DNA from: Alphaproteobacteria bacterium
GTDB taxonomy: Bacteria > Pseudomonadota > Alphaproteobacteria > Bin95
Direction of reading: 5' to 3'
Assembly (NCBI GenBank): GCA_964291285.2
Contig: OZ219787.1
Span: forward strand, 928,001 to 992,000
DNA length: 64,000 nt
In this document: positions 58,049 through 64,000 of the stretch, in pieces
How the letters are laid out: each line of letters begins with the position of its first letter
Position numbering within the stretch: position 1 is the stretch's first letter
Position numbers and translations under genes: made by a program
The notes under the pieces: generated by a model
Seen by the model: the letters and a program-made list of their open reading frames with translations, nothing else
Database searches by the model: none
Told to the model about the DNA's origin: nothing

Positions 58049-59725
58049 CTACGCGGCGGCGGCGCGGCAGAAGCAGGAGCTTTCTATCGGGATGTCGGCG
58101 CGCGCCTTCGCGAAGTCGAGCCTCTGGCGCAGCAGCCGCAGTTCGTTGGCGTCCCCGGCCTGCGCCACGCATTCGACGAGCCCCTGCAGCGCCCAGACAT
58201 TGTCGGGATGCTGGCAGCAGCGCGGCAGGTCCCCGCCATAGCCGAGGTCTTCGCGGAACACGGCCTCGGCCTCGCGGAACAGGCCCTGCTCGGCCAGCAG
58301 CGCGCCCAGCGCATGGCGCGGCGGATGCATCCAGGCCCAGGGCTCGGTGTAGTTGAGCGAGTCGTCCCGCGAAACCGCGAGCCGCAGGCTTTCGAAGGCG
58401 CGGTCGTGGTTGCCCTTCCGGTATTCCAGTTCGCCCACCAGCATGGCCTCGCCGACGCGGAGCATGTCGCGGACCGTGTTGCTGAGGAAGATGGCGTCCT
58501 CGGAAATCGCCGCTGCGGCCTCGTCGAACGCCGCCCTGGCCGCCTCCGCCGCATCGATATTGCCGAGCGCGGCGTGCGCCACGCCCTGCCCGTAGGCGTG
58601 CATGGCGGCGCCGATCGGGCGCAGCGAGGCATCCTCCGGCCCGCTCGACGCGGCAAGCTCGCGCCAGCGGCCGAAGCGCACCGCGACATGGGTGCACATG
58701 GCGGAATGGCCGTCCAGGATCGACGCCATGAAGGGCGCGCTCCGGGCGATCAATTCGGACTTTGCCACCTTGCGGATGCGTTCGGCGGCATGGGCGGCCC
58801 TGCCGTGCTGGCCGAGGAACATGGCCGCATACATGAACAGGTGGAGGTCGTGGCACCGCGCGGTGGTGTAGAAGTTCCCGTCCCCGGCATAGGCGAGATA
58901 CCTGTCGTCGGCGCGGACCGCGCGCTCGCTCTGCGAGACGGACTGGGCATAGTCGCCGCAGAGCACGTAGATGTGCGCCGGCATGTGCTCCATGTGGCCC
59001 GCATCGGGGGCGTAGCCGCGCAGCATGTCGGCGGCGTTCAGGGAGCGCTCGGGAAAGGGCGACATTTCCAGCGTGTGGATATACATGTGCGGAATGCCCG
59101 GATGGACGGGGCCGCCCCGCCCGATCCGGTCCATCCAGCGCTCCAGCACCGGCATCGCCTCCATCGTGCGCGCATCCGGGTCGGGCTCCCCGGTCTGCAG
59201 GTTCCAGAGCCGGCGCGGCGTGCAGGTGATCGCGGCCTCGACATAGAGCGCGGCGATATCGGGATCGTCCGGATATGCCCGGCAGGCCTCGCGCATGGCG
59301 TCGGCATAGTCCCGGTGCCAGGCGTCCAGCACCGCGCGGTCCCTCTCATGGCCGTTCCGGTAACGCTTCGCGAGCGCCTGTATGAGCACCCGTTCGGCCG
59401 GCGCCGCATCGCCCGCGAGCGCCAGCGCGGCCTCCACCGCCTCATGGCAGACCGGCAATATCTCGGCGATCTCGGCGTCGGAGTAGCGGATCCACGCCCG
59501 GTTGTAGAAGGGGCCCGACGCATGGGCGATGCCCCACCGGGCCATGGCGCAGGCAGGGTCCGCCTCCGCCGCCCGCCGGTAGCAGGCGGCGGCCTCGTCG
59601 TGGTTGAAGGCGAAGTTCCAGTTCAGCCCGCGGTCGAACCAGCGCTGCGCGGCCGCCGATGCGGTCGAGACCCTGCGCGTCCAGGGGCCGAGATCGAAAT
59701 CGTAGCGCACGCCGGTTTCAGCCAT
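58049..59725 (-). CDS. TPR-repeat protein
   Basis: AQRWFDRGL...FNHDEA, HMYIH, GHMEHMPAHIY, YTEPWAWMHPPRHALGALL, NVWAL. Confidence 0.85.
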   Translation of the reverse strand: MAETGVRYDFDLGPWTRRVSTASAAAQRWFDRGLNWNFAFNHDEAAACYRRAAEADPACAMARWGIAHASGPFYNRAWIRYSDAEIAEILPVCHEAVEAALALAGDAAPAERVLIQALAKRYRNGHERDRAVLDAWHRDYADAMREACRAYPDDPDIAALYVEAAITCTPRRLWNLQTGEPDPDARTMEAMPVLERWMDRIGRGGPVHPGIPHMYIHTLEMSPFPERSLNAADMLRGYAPDAGHMEHMPAHIYVLCGDYAQSVSQSERAVRADDRYLAYAGDGNFYTTARCHDLHLFMYAAMFLGQHGRAAHAAERIRKVAKSELIARSAPFMASILDGHSAMCTHVAVRFGRWRELAASSGPEDASLRPIGAAMHAYGQGVAHAALGNIDAAEAARAAFDEAAAAISEDAIFLSNTVRDMLRVGEAMLVGELEYRKGNHDRAFESLRLAVSRDDSLNYTEPWAWMHPPRHALGALLAEQGLFREAEAVFREDLGYGGDLPRCCQHPDNVWALQGLVECVAQAGDANELRLLRQRLDFAKARADIPIESSCFCRAAAA

Positions 59726-60537
59726 CACGCCGGCACGGCATAGCCCGCGTCCCGGGCCGCCCGGTCCCATTCCAGGGTCGGCGCGAAGGTCTCCCGCGCG
59801 ACCGTCTCGAATCCCTCGATCAGCAGCGCGTCGCGGAAGCGCCCGAACCAGGGCCGCGTATGCGCCGCCGCAAAGGCGTCCCGCAGGCGCTTGACCGTTT
59901 CCGCTGGCAGGGCCGGCGCGGCGACGAAGGCCGGCATCGGCGCGGTCGCGGTCGACTCCAGTATGCGGACCCCCTCCGTAATCGCGGGCTGGTATTTCCG
60001 CATCAGCATGTGCCAGTAGGCGTCCAGCGGCCCGATGTCGATGCTGCCGTCCAGCACGCTGTCGAGGATGCGCCGCGCCGTCACGAGATGGCCGACCGAC
60101 TGCCGGTAAAGCCGCGCCCGGCCCTCGCCCCGCCAGGGCAGGAGATGATGGCGCAGCGCGTTGAAGCCCGAATGCGAATGCTCGACGGTCCAGCCGACCG
60201 CGCCGCCGAACGTGTCCGCGAGCGCGGCGTAGGGCGCGTCCTTCCGCACGATCAGGTCGGACCGGTAAACCGCCCGTCCCCCGGCCCAGGGCGCGGCGGG
60301 CACGGGCGAAGCCAGCGGCACGACCTCGGCGATGCCGAGCGCGATGGGATAACCGCACATCTGCACGCAGCCGAGATCGGTGCGGCGCCACAACTCTTCC
60401 AGCGGTTGCGGCGCCGCGTAGGCCAGGTAGTCGAACGACGCGCCGGCGTCCTCCGCCACATGCGCGACCAGGTCCCTCCACTCCGCCTCGGCTTCCGGGC
60501 TGACGGCATACATGCGGGCGTTGGAGATGAACGTCAT
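59725..60537 (-). CDS. PhnD/SsuA-type substrate-binding protein
   Basis: QMCGYP, YRSDLIVR, HSHSGFNAL, DIGPLD. Confidence 0.8.
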   Translation of the reverse strand: MTFISNARMYAVSPEAEAEWRDLVAHVAEDAGASFDYLAYAAPQPLEELWRRTDLGCVQMCGYPIALGIAEVVPLASPVPAAPWAGGRAVYRSDLIVRKDAPYAALADTFGGAVGWTVEHSHSGFNALRHHLLPWRGEGRARLYRQSVGHLVTARRILDSVLDGSIDIGPLDAYWHMLMRKYQPAITEGVRILESTATAPMPAFVAAPALPAETVKRLRDAFAAAHTRPWFGRFRDALLIEGFETVARETFAPTLEWDRAARDAGYAVPA

Positions 60538-60634
60538 GGCCGCCCAGCCTGCCACGCGCCGGGCGCAACCTCCAGATGCGATGCGCGGGCCTTGCAGCCC
60601 CGGCCGGCGCCGTATGCCCCATCCCGTTCCGGCC

Positions 60635-61322
60635 CGCTATCCGGCACACCCGCGCACCGTGTCATGAGATGTCATGTTTTGTCATGTTCCGGGGGCGGAA
60701 TGTCATGTTTTGTCATGTTCCGATCCACCCCTCCTCGTCACCCCGGCCCCCGAGCCGGGGTCCAGCCTCGGTTCTCGCGGCGGCCCCGGATCGGGGGCCG
60801 GGGCAGGCCTCGGCGGTTCGGTCCACCCTCTGCCGGCCGCGGCGGTATCGGGAGTCATGGATGGACCCCGGCTCGGGGGCCGGGGTGACTGTTGAGGGCC
60901 GGGATGGGAGGCCATCCTGTCCGCCCGGCCGCCGCCTGGCCGCCGACCCTCTCCCGACCTCTCCCTCGTGCGGGAGAGGCGGTTTCGCGTCTCCGTCCGT
61001 ATGCTGCATGCCGTTCCGCTCCGTTCTCCCCGCCGCCGGCCCGCCCGGCGCGGCGGGACCCTGTTTCGCGCGTATCGCGCCCGCCTGCCCGCGCGCGTCG
61101 CCGCCGGCGCGGTTCGCGCGCCTGATTGCCCGCGCGCGAGGCGGGCGCAGGGCGCACGTCTCCCGTCCGTTTCCCGGAGGTTTTTAAATTCGCGCCGGCG
61201 CGAACCGGGAGAGGAAGCGGCTCGGCGCGGACACCGCTCCCTTCCTGCCGCCATATATCGGCGCTGCCGTTCCCGGTGTCAACCCGTATTCAGAATTATT
61301 TCTTTTTTCCTAAACAAATCGC
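60635..61322 (-). repeat. Intergenic repeat family, copy D
   Basis: Minus-strand promoter GTTGAC-N18-GATATA (61283-61254). Invariant 16-mer at 61114-61129. TGTCATG at 60660, 60670, 60680, 60701 and 60711. Confidence 0.88.
60737..60889. repeat. REP/RIME-like unit with 28-bp perfect inverted repeat nested in copy D
   Basis: GTCACCCCGGCCCCCGAGCCGGGGTCCA (60737-60764) and its reverse complement at 60862-60889. Partial third arm at about 60782-60804. Confidence 0.85.
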
Positions 61323-61515
61323 GTCTTTCGACCGGGAGCGGACGCCGCCGGCAGGCTAGGGCCGGGGGATGGCGCGGACGCCGTGCCGTTCTTCGCGCGA
61401 AACTGCAAACGGGCGGCTCCGGGCCGCCGGACCTGTTCCGAGGCCCGCCTTGAACCCCAGTGCAAACCCCCTACCCTGTCCGGTGCGATTCGACATCCCG
61501 AGAGGGTATCCATCC

Positions 61516-61746
61516 ATGCGGGTCTCGAAATGGGGCGACAGCCTGGCGGTGCGGCTGCCCAAAGCGGTGGTGGACGAACTCGGCCTGAAGGTGGGCGACC
61601 GCCTGGAGGTCGTGTCCGCCACGCGCGAACGCCTTGCCGTTGCGAGAGACGAAAGCAGACAGCGGGCCTTGGAACGGATGCGCGCCCGCGCCCTGCCTAT
61701 CCCTGCCGACTATGTCTTCGACCGGAATGAAGCAAATACCCGGTGA
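61516..61746 (+). CDS. AbrB/MazE/SpoVT family antitoxin
   Basis: MRVSKWGDSLAVRLPKAVVDELGLKVGD and C-terminal IPADYVFDRNEANTR. Confidence 0.9.
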   Translation: MRVSKWGDSLAVRLPKAVVDELGLKVGDRLEVVSATRERLAVARDESRQRALERMRARALPIPADYVFDRNEANTR

Positions 61747-61769
61747 TAACGTTCTTCGATAAAGTATAA
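61743..61769 (+). pseudogene. Truncated PIN/VapC toxin start
   Basis: GTG overlapping the antitoxin stop (GTGA) reads MITFFDKV*. FFD matches the first PIN strand (xxFFDTN). Sequence turns AT-rich immediately after. Confidence 0.55.
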
Positions 61770-61801
61770 TATCCAGTTCCTAAAAAAATTCATAAAGAAT
61801 C

Positions 61802-62311
61802 TCAATTTATGGCTCCGAACAAAAGCTCTGCAACTTCAGAAATTGATTCCACTTTTCTGAATTTTCTCTTTGGTATTATTCGAATCAATGGCCGCTCTCT
61901 CTTCACTCCCGAGGAATCACCTTTGGTATGACGGGCTATCTTCAATTCACTTAAATCCGGCCAGGGCCGTCCTGCCGGATTCCCAAACCACCAAAAAGGC
62001 CCAAGGTTGAAATCATCCTTATGAAATTGGATCCATATAACACATCCACTTGGCTTTTCCTGTAGTCGAATGTTAACTTTTTGCTGAATTGTCTTTGCAT
62101 CTCGTGCCGATGTCTTGAGCTGAACATGGCGAATTACCTTATCAGCCTCTATTACAAGATCGTAGCCGCCATCATCCACACTGGGTTTCATTACTTCGAT
62201 ACGGTGTGGCCATGCAGCTCGCAGCAATTCACCAATAAACAAATGCTCAATTAGATTTTCTCGATAGGACGACTGATGACTGTGAATATCAATCTCCCGA
62301 TTATATGCCAT
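61802..62311 (-). CDS. PD-(D/E)XK-type nuclease-like protein
   Basis: E-helix (ENLIEHLFIGE), then VDDGGYDLVIE...RHVQLKTS (D...QxK). Strongly low GC. Confidence 0.75.
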   Translation of the reverse strand: MAYNREIDIHSHQSSYRENLIEHLFIGELLRAAWPHRIEVMKPSVDDGGYDLVIEADKVIRHVQLKTSARDAKTIQQKVNIRLQEKPSGCVIWIQFHKDDFNLGPFWWFGNPAGRPWPDLSELKIARHTKGDSSGVKRERPLIRIIPKRKFRKVESISEVAELLFGAIN

Positions 62312-62333
62312 ATCGTTCAGCTGCCCTCGACCG

Positions 62334-63128
62334 TTAGTTTTCGTACGGCAGACGATGTAGAAAGCTTCTAGCCGTTGCCAGCACTAAATGTAATCGGAGT
62401 GTGCTGTGGCTCTCATCGGACAGTCCGTCATGAGACCCTTCTGTGTGGAGCATCTTAAACAAGCCGTTTACGTAGTTCTTCCCGTCGTCCGACCATTCTT
62501 TCCGTTCCTTGGACAGAAACCCGATTCTGCCAAGCAACGCCCGCCGATTTTCCGATGTCATGCTCTGCGTTTTGTCCGGTCTCAACAGGCAAGCAATTTC
62601 ATTCAGCAGGCTTTCCATAAATACCCGAAGCTGTGCGTTTGCAGCAGCCCAATCGCCTCGGACATGTGCGTTGAGAGCCTGATCCAGATGGCCGCAAGGC
62701 GTTGTGAAGCCATTCTCCTTCAGTAGCCGGTGTACCTCATCATCCGTCTTGGCCCCCAATTCGATTGGCAGGGCCGGCCTCAAATCTGGCTTGCCGTCCT
62801 CGTCCCATGTCAAAGAGAAGCCATCGCGCATAAGTGAGCGCGTGAACCTTTTACGCAGTTCACCCCCACCGTCCAGCGGTGCTATCGCCATTGCTTCGCG
62901 TACGGTTGCTTCGCCAAGCGTCATTCGCCCCTCTGGAGTATCCAGGGGAGTGTCCGGCCGGCTGACCACGATCCGAGCCAGTTCGGCGCACTTCTTTCCA
63001 ACGCTCATTGCGGTGTTCATCGGAATCTCTTGTTCAAGTTCCAGACGTACCATCATCTGATTGAACGTCGCTTGGGAATGTATCTCCAGTAGTTCGGCCG
63101 CGGCGACCAATGTGACCCTGCTAAACAC
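62334..63128 (-). CDS. Abortive-infection-like protein (Abi_C/HEPN-like C-terminus)
   Basis: GHLDQALNAHVRGDWAAANAQLRVFMESLL and KMLHTEGSH. GTG start with RBS GGAG. Lower GC. Confidence 0.6.
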   Translation of the reverse strand: MFSRVTLVAAAELLEIHSQATFNQMMVRLELEQEIPMNTAMSVGKKCAELARIVVSRPDTPLDTPEGRMTLGEATVREAMAIAPLDGGGELRKRFTRSLMRDGFSLTWDEDGKPDLRPALPIELGAKTDDEVHRLLKENGFTTPCGHLDQALNAHVRGDWAAANAQLRVFMESLLNEIACLLRPDKTQSMTSENRRALLGRIGFLSKERKEWSDDGKNYVNGLFKMLHTEGSHDGLSDESHSTLRLHLVLATARSFLHRLPYEN

Positions 63129-63143
63129 GACTCCCTCCGCCCC

Positions 63144-64000
63144 TCAATTCACCCCCGCCACGCGCCTGAATTCCGCGGCCTCGATCCCCACAGACGCCGC
63201 CGCTGCCTCCAGTTCCCGCCAGGTTTCGTCGTCCACGGGGATGCCGCCCTGGCTGCGTTCGGCGTGGGTGGCGCGTTCGGGGTCGCCGGGGACGAGGACG
63301 GGGAGGGCGGGGTCGGCGGGGGGCGAGGCTTTTACGTGCGCGATGGTGGCGTCCATTTCGGCATTGTAGAAGCCGGGGTCCACCAGCCGGGCCGGGTCGA
63401 AGATGATCGAGAGCATGTTGTTCAGGATCGTGTCCTGCTCGTGGTCCGTCTCCGGCCGGCAGGTTTGCCCCCCGGAGAGCACGCCCGCCATCATCTCGCT
63501 CATCAGCGCCATGCCGTAGCCCTTGTGCCCGCCGATGGGCAGGATCGCGCCCATCGGCCGCTCGAACATCACATTCGGGTCGGTGGTCGGCCGGCCCCGG
63601 TTGTCGATCAGGATGCCCGGCGCCATCCGCTCGCCCTTGTTCTTCGCGACGCGGACCTTGCCGTGGGCGACGGTGCTGGTCGCCATGTCGAGCTGCGTCA
63701 CGGGGTTCGCCCCGGTCGCCGGCATGGTGATGCAATAGGGGTTGGTGGCGAAGCGCGCGTCCGAGCCGCGCCAGGGCGCCACGAGGCCCGGATGGCCGAC
63801 GACATTGACATAATGGATCGAGACGAGGCCGGCGGCCGCGCATTGCTCGCCCCAGGCGCCGATGCGGCAGAGATGGAACGACCGGCGCACGGCCATGACG
63901 CAGACGCCGTGCTGCTTCGCGCGCTCGATGGCGAGTTCCATCGCCTGCCTGCCGACCGACTGGCCGTAGCCCGCCTTGCCGTCCACCACCAGCATGGCGC
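63144..64000 (-). CDS. Ldh_2 family malate/lactate/ureidoglycolate dehydrogenase (5' end outside the window)
   Basis: VDGKAGYGQ, HLCRIG, TNP, DMATS, GGHKGYG, VPGDPE. Confidence 0.92.
   Translation of the reverse strand, partial: AMLVVDGKAGYGQSVGRQAMELAIERAKQHGVCVMAVRRSFHLCRIGAWGEQCAAAGLVSIHYVNVVGHPGLVAPWRGSDARFATNPYCITMPATGANPVTQLDMATSTVAHGKVRVAKNKGERMAPGILIDNRGRPTTDPNVMFERPMGAILPIGGHKGYGMALMSEMMAGVLSGGQTCRPETDHEQDTILNNMLSIIFDPARLVDPGFYNAEMDATIAHVKASPPADPALPVLVPGDPERATHAERSQGGIPVDDETWRELEAAAASVGIEAAEFRRVAGVN

Noticed and set aside
60576-61187. ORFs with similar peptides (CHEMSCFVM, PARFARLIAR) also at 13067-13549, 42162-43274 and 49837-50328 as a protein family
   Set aside because: The peptide similarity is a by-product of the nucleotide repeat. 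Frames, starts and lengths differ between copies and they run antisense to the promoter.
1-64000. tRNA, rRNA, integrase, prophage or reverse transcriptase genes
   Set aside because: No recognisable signatures by eye. tRNAscan-SE and HMM searches would be needed to exclude them fully.

Overview
GC-rich bacterial chromosome segment, most likely an alphaproteobacterium (inferred from the mrp/hflK-hflC-DUF2065 and erpA-xth gene order and NTTGAC-N17-CTATAT-type promoters). Most of it is ordinary catabolic and housekeeping genes: SDRs, four family III CoA-transferases, a thiolase/DUF35 pair, an LLM monooxygenase, MFS transporters, two creatininase-family proteins, mobA/fdhD/moeA and an ornithine decarboxylase. 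Four IS elements have resolvable ends and target duplications (IS1634, IS1595, IS630, IS256). Two AT-richer two-gene inserts look like anti-phage modules: a TIR protein with an unknown partner, and an Abi/HEPN-like protein with a PD-(D/E)XK nuclease. There are also two orphan antitoxins and an autotransporter with tandem Cache-like domains. The most striking unexplained signal is a non-coding element present four times (about 13.0/15.4 kb, 42.6 kb, 50.0 kb and 60.6 kb). Each copy has the same order: AT-rich tract, sigma70-like promoter, conserved hairpin-rich core with an invariant 16-mer, variable segment, and an array of CATGACA heptamers at exactly 10-bp period. No rRNA, tRNA or CRISPR array was seen. 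All family assignments come from motif recognition by eye, not database searches.
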